A DNA stretch of 64,000 nt from Prochlorococcus sp. AG-355-B18 (GTDB lineage: Bacteria > Cyanobacteriota > Cyanobacteriia > PCC-6307 > Cyanobiaceae): NCBI GenBank assembly GCA_003280965.1, contig QCDI01000003.1:32001-96000 (forward strand), read 5' to 3'. Both the position numbers and the translations under genes were made by a program. Under the pieces are notes generated by a model. It did not search any database, was not told the DNA's origin, and saw only the letters and a program-made list of their open reading frames with translations. Positions 51,323 through 62,403 of this stretch are shown piece by piece; the first letter of the stretch is position 1; the number at the start of each line of letters is the position of its first letter.

Positions 51323-53662
51323 ATGATAAATTTTGAAAATAATGATCTATATGATCTTAATGAAGTATTGAAAATTGAAAATTTAACAATTAATGATTAT
51401 GAAGAAATTTGTAAAAGATTAAATAGAAAACCAAATAGGACTGAACTAGGAATGTTTGGCGTTATGTGGTCTGAACATTGTTGTTATAGAAATTCAAAAC
51501 CTTTATTAACTAAGTTTCCCACTAAAGGAAAAAATATTTTAGTAGGTCCTGGAGAAAATGCTGGTGTTATTGATGTAGGAAATAATCAAAAACTTGTTTT
51601 TAAAATAGAAAGTCATAATCATCCTTCAGCAATTGAACCTTTTCAAGGAGCGGCAACAGGAGTAGGAGGAATATTAAGAGATATTTTTACAATGGGAGCA
51701 AGGCCAATCGCAGTATTGAACTCACTTAGATTCGGAAATCTTGATAAGCAATCAAATATTGATTTGCTTCGAGGAGTTGTATCAGGTATTGCACATTATG
51801 GAAATTGCGTAGGTGTACCCACTGTTGGAGGTGAAATTGATTTCGATGATAGTTACTCTGGTAATCCTTTAGTCAATGTTATGGCTTTAGGACTTTTAGA
51901 GACTGATGAAATTGTTTGTTCCGGAGCAAAAAATGTAGGATCACCTGTGCTATATGTTGGTAACACTACAGGCAGAGATGGAGTTGGAGGTGCTAGCTTT
52001 GCAAGTTCTGAATTAACTACTGCATCATTAGATGACAGACCTGCAGTACAAGTAGGAGATCCATTTATTGAGAAAAGTCTTATAGAAGCTTGTTTAGATG
52101 CTTTTAAGACAGGAGATGTAATTGCAGCTCAAGATATGGGTGCAGCAGGTTTAACTTGTAGTAGTGCAGAAATGGCTGCCAACGGAAATTTAGGTATATC
52201 TATTGATTTAGATTTGGTTCCTTCCAGAGAAGATAATATGTCGTCATATCAATATTTACTATCTGAATCGCAAGAAAGAATGTTATTCGTAGTGAAGGAA
52301 GAAAAAATTAAAACTCTTATTGAAAAATTTAATAAATGGGGATTATACGCCAATGTTATTGGTGAAGTAATAGCTAGTAATGAGGTAATTATTTCCCATA
52401 AAAGTAAAATCGTTGCTCAAATACCTACTTCTGCTTTGTCTGAAGACACCCCTGTGAATGTCCATAATGTGATAAGAACCCCACCTGATTATTTGCTAAA
52501 GAAATGGGAATGGAAAGAAAGTAATTTACCAGAAATAAATGAGCAAAAAATATTTTCATTGAAAGAAAATAAAACTTACTCTTATTCAGAAATCATTTTA
52601 AAACTTCTCTCTAATCCTTCAATAGCTTCTAAAAGATGGATTTTTAAACAATATGACTCTCAAGTTCAAGCAAATACAGTTTTTAAACCAGGAGAATCAG
52701 ATGCAGCGGTAATAAGACTTAGAGAACAAAATGAAAAAAATAAAAATAAAGTATTTTCTGGTGTTGCTGCCTCTGTTGATTGTAATAGTAGATGGGTTTT
52801 TCTTGACCCTTTTAGAGGAACTATCGCCGCTGTTGCAGAATCTGCAAGAAACGTGAGTTGTGTTGGAGCAGAACCAGTTGCTATTACAAATAACTTGAAT
52901 TTTCCTTCTCCTGAAACTGATATAGGATATTGGCAACTTTCATCTTCATGTAATGGAATTTCTGAAGCATGTAAAGCTTTTGAAACTCCTGTAACAGGAG
53001 GAAATGTTTCCCTTTACAATGAATCCAAAAATAAAGAAAACGAAATTACTCCAATTAATCCCACTCCAGTTATTGGAATGGTTGGGAAAATAGATAATGT
53101 TGAAAAAGCTATTAGCAGTGAATGGAAAAATATTCATGATCAAATATGGTTAATTGGTTCTTATAAATCAGAAACAACAATTTCAGCTAGCTCTTACTTG
53201 GAATATTTTCATGGAGAAATTACAGGTCGTCCTCCAAAGTTGGATTTGGGAGATGAAAAATTTTGCCAGGGTTTTTTAAGGAATGCTATTTTAAAAAGTC
53301 TTGTAGTTTCTTCTCACGATGTTAGCGATGGGGGTTTATGCATAGCTCTAGCAGAGTGTTGTATTTTGTCAGGAAAAGGTGCAACTATAGATCTTAATAA
53401 AGATTTTAATAGAGATGATAATTTATTATTTGGAGAAGGCGGTTCTAGGATTATTTTTTCAATAGACAAAATGAAAGAAAATGAATGGTTAAATTATCTA
53501 AAAGAAAATCAAATCAATTTTCAACAAAGTATATATGTAAAAAAAATAGGAAATGTTTCTAGTAAAAATCTCAATATAAAAATTAGAGATAAAGATATTT
53601 GCAATATTAGGGTTGAGGAATTAACCGAAAAATTTAATAATAGTATCTCAGGTCACTTGTAA
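51323..53662 (+). CDS. purL: Phosphoribosylformylglycinamidine synthase PurL (small type)
   Basis: MWSEHCCY, KIESHNHPS, QDMGAAGL, LSESQERM, GGNVSLYN. Confidence 0.98.
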   Translation: MINFENNDLYDLNEVLKIENLTINDYEEICKRLNRKPNRTELGMFGVMWSEHCCYRNSKPLLTKFPTKGKNILVGPGENAGVIDVGNNQKLVFKIESHNHPSAIEPFQGAATGVGGILRDIFTMGARPIAVLNSLRFGNLDKQSNIDLLRGVVSGIAHYGNCVGVPTVGGEIDFDDSYSGNPLVNVMALGLLETDEIVCSGAKNVGSPVLYVGNTTGRDGVGGASFASSELTTASLDDRPAVQVGDPFIEKSLIEACLDAFKTGDVIAAQDMGAAGLTCSSAEMAANGNLGISIDLDLVPSREDNMSSYQYLLSESQERMLFVVKEEKIKTLIEKFNKWGLYANVIGEVIASNEVIISHKSKIVAQIPTSALSEDTPVNVHNVIRTPPDYLLKKWEWKESNLPEINEQKIFSLKENKTYSYSEIILKLLSNPSIASKRWIFKQYDSQVQANTVFKPGESDAAVIRLREQNEKNKNKVFSGVAASVDCNSRWVFLDPFRGTIAAVAESARNVSCVGAEPVAITNNLNFPSPETDIGYWQLSSSCNGISEACKAFETPVTGGNVSLYNESKNKENEITPINPTPVIGMVGKIDNVEKAISSEWKNIHDQIWLIGSYKSETTISASSYLEYFHGEITGRPPKLDLGDEKFCQGFLRNAILKSLVVSSHDVSDGGLCIALAECCILSGKGATIDLNKDFNRDDNLLFGEGGSRIIFSIDKMKENEWLNYLKENQINFQQSIYVKKIGNVSSKNLNIKIRDKDICNIRVEELTEKFNNSISGHL

Positions 53663-53709
53663 ATATGAAAAACATTTTTCAACTAATAAAATTTTTACGA
53701 AATTAAGTT

Positions 53710-55170
53710 ATGTGCGGAATAGTTGGAATCGTTTCTTCAGATGATGTAAATCAACAAATTTATGACAGTCTCTTGCTTTTACAGCATAGAGGTCAAGATT
53801 CAACAGGTATAGCTACAATGGAAAATACTGTTTTCCATATACATAAGGCCAAAGGGCAGGTTAATACTGCATATAGAACTAGAGATATGAGGAATTTAAT
53901 CGGTAAAATAGGACTTGGTCATGTTAGATATGCAACAAAGGGGTCAGCAGAAAGTGTAGAGGAAGCCCAACCTTTTTACGTTAATGCACCTTATGGAATT
54001 GTTTTAATACATAATGGCAATTTGACTAATACTAGAGATTTAGAAAAACAACTATTTAATATTGATAAGCGTCATACAAATTCTTCAAGCGATACAGAAA
54101 TGCTATTAAATGTGTTTGCTACAGAATTGCAAGAACAAACTAATAAGCAAGAATTAGAACCTGATATTATTTTTGATGCTATCAAATCTTTGCATAAGAG
54201 AATTCAAGGATCATATGCTGCAATTGCATTAATTTCAGGTCATGGTTTATTAGCCTTTAGAGATCCTTTTGGTATTAGACCTTTAGTAATAGGAAAAAGA
54301 TTTTCATTAACTACAAAAAAAGAAGAGTGGATGGTAGCTAGCGAATCTTTAGTGCTCGAGAATAATGATTACCAAGTAGTGAGAGATGTAGATCCTGGAG
54401 AAGCTATTTACATAAATCTTAATGGCGAGTTTTTTTCTAAGCAATGTTCTGAAAATCCAATATTATGTCCTTGTGCTTTTGAATATGTTTATTTAGCTAG
54501 GCCAGATTCAATTATGAATGGAATTTCCGTTTATAAAGCTCGTTTGAAAATGGGAGATTATTTATCTGAAACAATAAAGGAAACAATTACTTCTGGAAAT
54601 GTTGATGTCGTAATGCCTATTCCTGATTCTTCTCGACCTGCCGCTATGCAAGTTGCAAGACAGTTAGGAATTGAGTATAGAGAAGGGTTTTTTAAAAATA
54701 GATATGTTGGCAGAACATTTATTATGCCTGGTCAACAGAAACGTAAGAAATCCGTAAGACAAAAGTTAAATGCTATGAGTGCAGAGTTTAAAAATAAAAA
54801 TGTATTAATAGTTGATGATTCGATAGTAAGAGGTACTACTTCAAAAGAAATTGTACAGATGGCTAAAGATGCAGGAGCAAATAAAGTTTTTTTTACATCA
54901 GCGGCTCCTCCAGTTCGTTTTCCTCATGTTTATGGAATTAATATGCCTAACAGAGATGAATTAATAGCCCATGATAGAACAATAAGAGAAATTGCTGATA
55001 AACTCGAAATTGATAATCTCGTTTATCAAAGTGTTGATAATTTACGTAAATCTATAATAAGTGATTCTATTGTCGAACATTTGGAGATGAGCTGTTTTAC
55101 GGGTACTTATGTAACAGGAACAGTAAATCAAGAGTATTTAAATTGGGTTGAAAATGAATATAAATCTTAG
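53710..55170 (+). CDS. purF: Amidophosphoribosyltransferase
   Basis: N-terminal [34 protein letters not shown]. Confidence 0.98.
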   Translation: MCGIVGIVSSDDVNQQIYDSLLLLQHRGQDSTGIATMENTVFHIHKAKGQVNTAYRTRDMRNLIGKIGLGHVRYATKGSAESVEEAQPFYVNAPYGIVLIHNGNLTNTRDLEKQLFNIDKRHTNSSSDTEMLLNVFATELQEQTNKQELEPDIIFDAIKSLHKRIQGSYAAIALISGHGLLAFRDPFGIRPLVIGKRFSLTTKKEEWMVASESLVLENNDYQVVRDVDPGEAIYINLNGEFFSKQCSENPILCPCAFEYVYLARPDSIMNGISVYKARLKMGDYLSETIKETITSGNVDVVMPIPDSSRPAAMQVARQLGIEYREGFFKNRYVGRTFIMPGQQKRKKSVRQKLNAMSAEFKNKNVLIVDDSIVRGTTSKEIVQMAKDAGANKVFFTSAAPPVRFPHVYGINMPNRDELIAHDRTIREIADKLEIDNLVYQSVDNLRKSIISDSIVEHLEMSCFTGTYVTGTVNQEYLNWVENEYKS

Positions 55171-57608
55171 GCGAGAAAGTTTTCTAGTCGAAAACAATTT
55201 TCAAGATATTCGTCTTTATCTAATTTTAAAAAGTCAATTAAAAAATTTGTTTTATTAGATTTAAAATTTAATTTATTGAGGTCTAATCTCGCAGATTTAT
55301 TTTTATTAGTTTCAATATCAAGATAATAGTTACTCGGTAAAATTTTGAGGAAATAATCGTTTTTAATTTGGGTTTTTTCATTTAAATATCCCAAACTGTA
55401 TTCATTTGCAAAATAAATTTCATTACTATTCAAACAAAAGATTTTTCCTTGCTTAGAAACTAAATAAATATTTTCTTCATTTTGATATGAACAACAAGAA
55501 ACAATTTCTTCAGTGGGAAAAAGTTTTGCAATCATTAAACCTTGAGATTGTTTCGTTGTAGGCGCCATAATTTTATTTGATAAGCTAAATTTAAATAATC
55601 TTCCAATAGAGGTTAATATTAGTAAATTTTTTTCTTCACTAGACACAAATGAATCAATGGTTTTTATATTATTTTTTAATTTTGTTATTCCAAAAGATCT
55701 ATTACTTTTTATCATATCCTCATCAAATAAAACTTTTTTAAACCTCCCATCTGAATTCAATATGCATAAGTAATTTTTAATTTCTTTTTTAATTGAATGA
55801 AAATTTATTATTTCATTAGGATCAATATTTCCAAGGATTTTATTATCTAATTTATAGTCATTATTAATATTTGATTCCCAATCAATATGAAAAACTTTTC
55901 CTGTATTAGTTATTCCAATTATTTTTAGATTTTTTTCAACATTACATATAAATTTTTGAATATTTTTATTATCTATAACTTTATTTACATCTTCAAACGA
56001 TTTCTTATAATTACTTAAAATCACTCTTTTTAAATATAATCTATTATCTATACATAATTTAGTTTTTTTATTTATTAAGTCTTCTAATATTTGATTATTA
56101 ATTGTTTCTAATTCTTCGTTTTGATCAATATTTTTACGCAGTTTTGTTTTTCTATTGACATTATATGTTTTCTTGAGTTTTAATAATTCTTCTATAAGTA
56201 ATTCAAGTAATAATTTTCTTTCATTCAATAATTTCATAAAATAATTCTTTTTTTCTTTTAATTTTTTTATATCATCATCTATTAGATTTTTTTCCAGATT
56301 TGTTAGTTTTTTTAGCGGCATATCCAAAACTGAATTTGCTTGTTTTTCATTTAAGGAAAATTTTTCAATCAATTTTAATTTAGCTTCTCCAGTATTTTTT
56401 GAGGCTTCAATAACCTCAATAACTCTTTTAATATCTTTTGTTGCTTTAGACAAACCTTCTAATATTTCTAGTTTCTCAAGAGTATTTTTTAGAAAATAAC
56501 TGGTTCTTTTTCTAATAGTCTCTTCCCGGAATTTAAGAAAATAGTCAAGATATTGTTTTAAGTTTAGTTGAACAGGTTTACCTTTAATTAACGTTAAAAA
56601 TATTGCCCCAAAGTTGGTTTGGAGTGTTGTTTTTTTATATAAATTCGAAATTACAAGTTCAGTATTAGAATCTTTTTTTAACTCTATTACAATTCTCATA
56701 CCATCTCTATCGCTTTCATCTCTAATATCAGCGATCCCATTAATTTTGTTTGAATTAACAAGTTCAGCCAGTTTTTCAATCCAACCTGCTTTACTAATTT
56801 GATAAGGAAGTTCTGTAATTATTAATGCATTTCTTTTATGTTTACCTTTGCCTAAATTTATTTCCTCTTTATTTAATATCCCTCTAATTATTATTGATCC
56901 TTTTCCCGTTTCGTAAAGTTCTTCTATAGCTTGGTTATAAATTAATTCTCCGCCAGTAGGGAAATCAGGTCCTTTAATAATTTTAGATAGTTTTTTGTTA
57001 CTTATATCTTTATTTTCTATTAACGCAATTAAACCATCCACTATTTCTCCGAGGTTGTGAGGGGGAATGTTTGTTGCCATTCCAACAGCAATTCCAGATG
57101 ATCCGTTCAGCAATAAAAAAGGAAGTTGAGCTGGAAGAACATCTGGTTCTTTTTGTGAACCGTCAAAATTATTCGAGAAGTTTACTGTGTCTGAACCAAT
57201 TTCTTCCAGAAATCCAGTGTAAGCTATTGGAGCTAACCGGGTTTCAGTGTACCTCATTGCAGCTGGTGGATCATTATCCACAGATCCAAAATTTCCATGG
57301 CCGTCTAGGGTCGGATACTTAGTTGAAAAATTTTGAACTTGCCTCACCAATGCATCATATACTGCTTGATCTCCATGTGGATGGTACTTTCCGAGAACAT
57401 CTCCAACTACCCTCGCGCACTTTCTAAATGGCCTATCTGGTGTTAAGCCTAGTTCGTACATTGCAAATAGTATTCTTCTCTGTACAGGCTTGAGGCCATC
57501 TCTTGCGTCGGGTAAGGCACGTCCAACAATTACACTCATTGCATACTCAAGATAAGAACGTTGCATTTCTTCTTGGAGTGAGATAGAAGTGAAGTTTTTC
57601 TTATCCAT
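55167..57608 (-). CDS. Type IIA topoisomerase subunit A (GyrA/ParC-like paralog with degenerate C-terminal domain)
   Basis: [29 protein letters not shown] catalytic Tyr, [14 protein letters not shown]. Confidence 0.92.
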   Translation of the reverse strand: MDKKNFTSISLQEEMQRSYLEYAMSVIVGRALPDARDGLKPVQRRILFAMYELGLTPDRPFRKCARVVGDVLGKYHPHGDQAVYDALVRQVQNFSTKYPTLDGHGNFGSVDNDPPAAMRYTETRLAPIAYTGFLEEIGSDTVNFSNNFDGSQKEPDVLPAQLPFLLLNGSSGIAVGMATNIPPHNLGEIVDGLIALIENKDISNKKLSKIIKGPDFPTGGELIYNQAIEELYETGKGSIIIRGILNKEEINLGKGKHKRNALIITELPYQISKAGWIEKLAELVNSNKINGIADIRDESDRDGMRIVIELKKDSNTELVISNLYKKTTLQTNFGAIFLTLIKGKPVQLNLKQYLDYFLKFREETIRKRTSYFLKNTLEKLEILEGLSKATKDIKRVIEVIEASKNTGEAKLKLIEKFSLNEKQANSVLDMPLKKLTNLEKNLIDDDIKKLKEKKNYFMKLLNERKLLLELLIEELLKLKKTYNVNRKTKLRKNIDQNEELETINNQILEDLINKKTKLCIDNRLYLKRVILSNYKKSFEDVNKVIDNKNIQKFICNVEKNLKIIGITNTGKVFHIDWESNINNDYKLDNKILGNIDPNEIINFHSIKKEIKNYLCILNSDGRFKKVLFDEDMIKSNRSFGITKLKNNIKTIDSFVSSEEKNLLILTSIGRLFKFSLSNKIMAPTTKQSQGLMIAKLFPTEEIVSCCSYQNEENIYLVSKQGKIFCLNSNEIYFANEYSLGYLNEKTQIKNDYFLKILPSNYYLDIETNKNKSARLDLNKLNFKSNKTNFLIDFLKLDKDEYLENCFRLENFLA

Positions 57609-57690
57609 TAGAGTCAAAAATTGAATATGTGATTTATGAATTAACTAAATTAAGACTAATAGGTAAACAAATATTTACCAGTATCGAAAT

Positions 57691-58554
57691 TTAAGAAGAT
57701 GCTTCAATTTTGGATTTTGCTAATAATACATAGTCTTGTAATTGTTTATTTTGTAAAAGAATTTCTGTTGAAGCTTGCAGTTTTTCTCCCCACAATTGTT
57801 CTTTTCTATAATTGTAATTAACATAATTAGGATCTTTTGCTAAAGATTTTTTTGCAAGTTCAAGAGCGAATTTAATATCTTTTAACCTTAAACATGAGGC
57901 AAGTCCTAGTAATGGTTCAGCGTTATCTTCAATCGAGATAGCTTTTTCAAAAAGTTTGATTGATGAAGTTATCTCATCTTTTTCGAAATAAGCTAAACCT
58001 TGATTATTGAATGCTTGCCAGAAATCAGGTTTAATTTTTATAGATCTATCAAATAACTTAATAGCTTCATAGTAATTTTTTTCCATTAATAAAATATTCC
58101 CTAATTGAAAAATAGCTTTATGGTTATTTGGCTCAATACTTAATCCTTTTTTCAAAGCATGTTTTGCCTTGTTTTGTTTTGAAATTTGAAAGTAAATATT
58201 ACTTTTGGCAAAATATATTTCGCTAATATTTGGATTAATTTCTTGAGCTTTATCTAATGACTTTAAAGCGTTTTTATATAGACTGTTAGCTACCTGAGCT
58301 TCAGATAATATTAGCCATAGTTTTTCATCTTTTGCATTAATCTTCACAGCTAATTTTGCTAAGTTAAGACTGTCTTCGTATTGTCCAAAAAATAAAAGTT
58401 GATATGCATTTTTGCCAATAGATAAGCCTTCCTTTTCTAAATTTTTTATCGTTGGAAAATAATAATAGGGAATTATAGATTGAACTTTTTCTATTCTAAA
58501 AAAGCAAAAACTCAATAAATAGAAACATAGTATATTTTTTAAAAACTTTCTCAT
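57691..58554 (-). CDS. Tetratricopeptide repeat protein
   Basis: Repeated TPR-like helices (A...L..A..INP); N-terminal signal-like segment. Confidence 0.88.
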   Translation of the reverse strand: MRKFLKNILCFYLLSFCFFRIEKVQSIIPYYYFPTIKNLEKEGLSIGKNAYQLLFFGQYEDSLNLAKLAVKINAKDEKLWLILSEAQVANSLYKNALKSLDKAQEINPNISEIYFAKSNIYFQISKQNKAKHALKKGLSIEPNNHKAIFQLGNILLMEKNYYEAIKLFDRSIKIKPDFWQAFNNQGLAYFEKDEITSSIKLFEKAISIEDNAEPLLGLASCLRLKDIKFALELAKKSLAKDPNYVNYNYRKEQLWGEKLQASTEILLQNKQLQDYVLLAKSKIEASS

Positions 58555-59507
58555 AATTTAAGTTTGTTATTTTTTAGATTTGCTTCTATGTTTCTTTTCC
58601 ACATCCATGGTTTAATTCTTTTTAAAGTGGTTCCTTTTAGATTTTCTTCCCAAGTTTTATCATCCCAATTTAAAGAATCAATCCCAAGATTTTTCATCCA
58701 TTCTTTGGGAGTAGTTTCAAAAGTATTATTGTATGGTACGGACTTATTCCAAGGGCATACATCTTGACAAATATCACATCCTGCAACCCATCCATTCAAA
58801 TTTTTTTCTATTTTTTTTGGAATAGTTTTTTCTCTGTTTTCTATTGTGTGATATGCAATGCACAGATCTGATTGTATAACGAAGGGCTCTACTATTGCTT
58901 GCGTCGGACAACTTTCAATACAAATATCACATTTTCCACAAAGAGATTGATGAGGTTTATCTGGGATTAAATCTTTTGTAAGGATTATAAAACCCAACGT
59001 AAACCAAGAACCATTTTTCTTACTTATTAAATTACTATTTTTCCCTATCCAACCAAGACCTGATTCCTCAGCCCATGCTTTTTCAAGAAGCGGTGAAGTA
59101 TCTACACATATTTTCCATTTACAATCAGGAATTTCAAGGTTAATCCATTTACCAACATTCTTTAATTTTTTATAAATCACTTTATGATAATCTTCTCCTT
59201 GGCTAAATTTTCCTATTTTGAAACGGTTGTTGTTATTGTTGTTTGAACTTATGTAAGTAAATCCAACGCTTAGAATACTTTTTGCATCTTTAAGAAGTGT
59301 GTTTATGTTTTTTCTTCTTTCTGCTTCCATCCATCTCATATCAGCATGGTGGTTATTTGATAACCATCTTTCTAATGCACTAGTTCTTAATTTTAAGCGC
59401 GAACTACCAGGTATTGAAGCAATTCCAGCTATGGTAAAACCTTCATAAATCGCTCTTTCTTTTAATTTTTTACTTATTTCTAGTTTGTCTTTAATGGAAT
59501 TGATCAT
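58551..59507 (-). CDS. queG: Epoxyqueuosine reductase
   Basis: GEDYH, VDTSPLLEK, GLGWIGKN, CGKCDICIESCPT, GCDICQDVCPWN. Confidence 0.95.
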   Translation of the reverse strand: MINSIKDKLEISKKLKERAIYEGFTIAGIASIPGSSRLKLRTSALERWLSNNHHADMRWMEAERRKNINTLLKDAKSILSVGFTYISSNNNNNNRFKIGKFSQGEDYHKVIYKKLKNVGKWINLEIPDCKWKICVDTSPLLEKAWAEESGLGWIGKNSNLISKKNGSWFTLGFIILTKDLIPDKPHQSLCGKCDICIESCPTQAIVEPFVIQSDLCIAYHTIENREKTIPKKIEKNLNGWVAGCDICQDVCPWNKSVPYNNTFETTPKEWMKNLGIDSLNWDDKTWEENLKGTTLKRIKPWMWKRNIEANLKNNKLKL

Positions 59508-59653
59508 TTCTTTATTATGCATAGCTTTTTTTAAAAGTTATTTGTTTAGCTAAGAAACTAATAAATAATTTAAATTTATTAAAAAAAAATATATCCTAAC
59601 TTAGAAAAAACAGTTAAATTATTAGTAAAGTAAATATAGTAAGAAACATTATT

Positions 59654-60388
59654 TTGGTTGAATCTAATCAAAACCAAGATTCGAACCTAGGATCTAGGCT
59701 TCAACAGGATCTAAAAAATGATCTTATAGCTGGTTTGTTGGTTGTAATACCTCTTGCAACAACAATCTGGCTTTCATCATTAGTTAGTAAATTTGTTTTA
59801 ACATTAGTCACTTCTGTCCCGAAGCAATTAAATCCTTTTATTAATTTAAATCCTTTATTACAAGATTTAATTAATCTTACTCTGGGTTTAACTGTTCCTT
59901 TGTTAGCTATTTTGCTAATAGGCTTAATGGCGAGAAATTTTGTAGGAAGATGGCTATTAGAATTTGGAGAAGGTACGTTATCAAAAATTCCTGTAGCAGG
60001 AGCAGTTTATAAAACTCTTAAACAATTGCTAGAAACTTTTTTAAGTAATAAATCTAACCGGTTTAGAAGGGTTGTTTTAGTTGAATATCCACGCGAAGGT
60101 TTATATAGTGTAGGCTTTGTAACTGGTGATGTTGGCCCTTCTTTGCAGCCAGAATTGGAACAAAAGTTGCTAAGTGTTTTTATACCTACTGCGCCAAACC
60201 CAACTACTGGTTGGTACACTTTGGTCCCCGAGTCTTCTGTTAAAGATTTGGATATTTCTGTCGAAGATGCTTTTAGAACCATTATCTCAGCGGGGATAGT
60301 TAATCCAGATGAAAAGAATAACATCACAAATCCAACATTTTCAAAATTATTTTCTCAATTACGCGCTTCCACTAATACTTCTTCTTAG
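59654..60388 (+). CDS. DUF502 family membrane protein
   Basis: AGLLVVIPLATT, VVLVEYPR, VFIPTAPNPTTG. Confidence 0.9.
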   Translation: MVESNQNQDSNLGSRLQQDLKNDLIAGLLVVIPLATTIWLSSLVSKFVLTLVTSVPKQLNPFINLNPLLQDLINLTLGLTVPLLAILLIGLMARNFVGRWLLEFGEGTLSKIPVAGAVYKTLKQLLETFLSNKSNRFRRVVLVEYPREGLYSVGFVTGDVGPSLQPELEQKLLSVFIPTAPNPTTGWYTLVPESSVKDLDISVEDAFRTIISAGIVNPDEKNNITNPTFSKLFSQLRASTNTSS

Positions 60389-60391
60389 TTG

Positions 60392-61018
60392 ATGCATAAT
60401 AGATCCCTATCCAGAGAATTATCCTTAATTTCTTTAGGTTTGATAAAAGATAAAGGTGATTTGAAATTAAATAAATCCCAGATAGAAGAGATTTTTGAAT
60501 CTGCTCTGGATTCTTTAATCAACCATTGCAGAGACGAATTAGATAATTGCGAATCAAATTTAGAAAATGCATCACAAAAAATATTAGAGAGTGAATTACA
60601 AGAAGGTATTGATTCTTCTTTTTCAAATGTTAGAGAGGAGTTAATAAAATCTATTAAAAAAATTGAGACTGTAATGAATACACTCTCAATAACTTTAGAT
60701 TTTCCTAAATTAATAGTATCTAGTGGACAAATTGATATCAGAGAGGATGTGAATCAGAGGATCAGTAATATTATTAATAATCTTACGACTATAGATTCTG
60801 AGATTGATCAATCAATGGATGGTTGGAGATTAAAAAGATTGCCTAAAATTGATCGTGATATTTTGCGTTTAGCATATGTAGATATTAATTTTCTGGATAC
60901 ACCTATTGCTGTTGCTTGTGATGAGGCAGTAAATTTAGCTAATAAATATAGTGATATGCAAGGAAGAAAATTTATTAATGGAGTTTTAAGGAGATTACAA
61001 ACAGTTAAATTGCAATAA
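60392..61018 (+). CDS. nusB: Transcription antitermination factor NusB (cyanobacterial long form)
   Basis: R.LSRE.SL; W.LKRL..IDRDILRLA; ACDEAVNLA; FINGVLR. Confidence 0.93.
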   Translation: MHNRSLSRELSLISLGLIKDKGDLKLNKSQIEEIFESALDSLINHCRDELDNCESNLENASQKILESELQEGIDSSFSNVREELIKSIKKIETVMNTLSITLDFPKLIVSSGQIDIREDVNQRISNIINNLTTIDSEIDQSMDGWRLKRLPKIDRDILRLAYVDINFLDTPIAVACDEAVNLANKYSDMQGRKFINGVLRRLQTVKLQ

Positions 61019-61076
61019 TTATTTGATATAAATAAATAATATTTTAAAATTTATTAAATACGAATTATAAATATCA

Positions 61077-62336
61077 ATGACTAATACTAATTCTGATAAT
61101 TCTCGAGAATGGGCTGCGCAAGCTTATGCACTTTTAAAAAAAAAGCAGGAAGAGCAGAAGCAAGAACTAATTAAGCAGGAAGAGCAGAAGCAAGAATTAA
61201 TTAAGCAGGAAGAGCAGAAGCAAGAATTAACTAAGCAGGAAGAGCAGAAGCAATCTTTGATTGATAGTTTTAACACAGAAAATGTTCAAGGACCTACTAA
61301 AACTATTGATGAAACTGAATTAGGAGAATTCGATGATAATTTTACTTGGTCTGCAATGGTATTAGCAGCCCAAGGAAAAGAAATAAACCAAATATCGATA
61401 GATGAAATTGATTGGTTAACTAAATTAAGAAGAGGTTTAGAAGAAACTAGAAAAGGATTTGTTACTGAATTATTGGACAAATTAGGAGATGATCCTCTTA
61501 CACCAGAATCTCTTGATGATTTAGAAACCTTACTAATAAGAGCTGATGTCGGGATTGATTCAACAGATAAAGTTATTAGTTCCCTTAGAAAAAAATTAAA
61601 CGAAGAAGTCGTAGGTGGAGAAGCAGGAATAAAATTTTTAAAGAAGGAATTAAAATTGATTATCGATAAACCTATAAAAAATTCAGGCATTGATCTTTTA
61701 GTGCCTCAAAAGGGTAAGTTAAATGTTTGGTTATTAGTAGGAGTTAATGGCGTTGGCAAAACTACTACATTAGGAAAATTAGCTTATTTATCATCAAGGA
61801 GTAATTATAAAACCTTGATAGCTGCAGCTGACACTTTTAGAGCTGCCGCAGTAGATCAATTAAAAGTATGGGGTGAGAGGAGTAATGTTGATGTCATATC
61901 TAATCAATCAAAAAATGCTGATCCAGCGGCTGTGGTTTTTGATGCGATTAATTCTGCAAAAAAAAGAAATGTTGACTTATTACTAGTTGATACAGCCGGA
62001 AGATTGCAAACAAAAAATAATTTGATGGATGAATTAGCCAAAATAAAAAAAATTATTGATAAAAAGGTTCCTGATGCAATTGTTGAATCATTATTAGTTT
62101 TAGATGCAAGTCAAGGTCAAAATGGGTTAAAGCAAGCTAAAAGTTTTGCCAAATCGGCAAATTTAAGTGGAGCAATCATTACTAAATTAGATGGAACTTC
62201 TCGAGGAGGTGTTTCTTTAGCAGTTTCTGAAGAAGTTAATTTGCCTATAAGATTCATTGGGGCTGGAGAAGGCATAAAGGATTTGAGACCATTTAATAGT
62301 TATGAATTTGTTGAGGCTTTGCTTGCAGATAAATAA
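61077..62336 (+). CDS. ftsY: SRP receptor FtsY
   Basis: GVNGVGKTTT, DTFRAAA, DTAGR, TKLDGTSRGG. Confidence 0.97.
   Translation: MTNTNSDNSREWAAQAYALLKKKQEEQKQELIKQEEQKQELIKQEEQKQELTKQEEQKQSLIDSFNTENVQGPTKTIDETELGEFDDNFTWSAMVLAAQGKEINQISIDEIDWLTKLRRGLEETRKGFVTELLDKLGDDPLTPESLDDLETLLIRADVGIDSTDKVISSLRKKLNEEVVGGEAGIKFLKKELKLIIDKPIKNSGIDLLVPQKGKLNVWLLVGVNGVGKTTTLGKLAYLSSRSNYKTLIAAADTFRAAAVDQLKVWGERSNVDVISNQSKNADPAAVVFDAINSAKKRNVDLLLVDTAGRLQTKNNLMDELAKIKKIIDKKVPDAIVESLLVLDASQGQNGLKQAKSFAKSANLSGAIITKLDGTSRGGVSLAVSEEVNLPIRFIGAGEGIKDLRPFNSYEFVEALLADK
61143..61253 (+). repeat. In-frame 30-bp tandem repeat, 3.7 copies (KQEEQKQELI)
   Basis: AAGCAGGAAGAGCAGAAGCAAGAAYTAAYT units starting at 61143, 61173, 61203 and (partial) 61233. 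Confidence 0.95.
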
Positions 62337-62403
62337 ATATTTAATGAAATTTTATTAAAAATTTAAATTTAATGTTAAAACATACTTATTTATTAAATTT
62401 GTT

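Noticed and set aside
61143..61253. 30-bp repeats as a CRISPR array
   Set aside because: No spacers, in frame inside ftsY, and no cas genes
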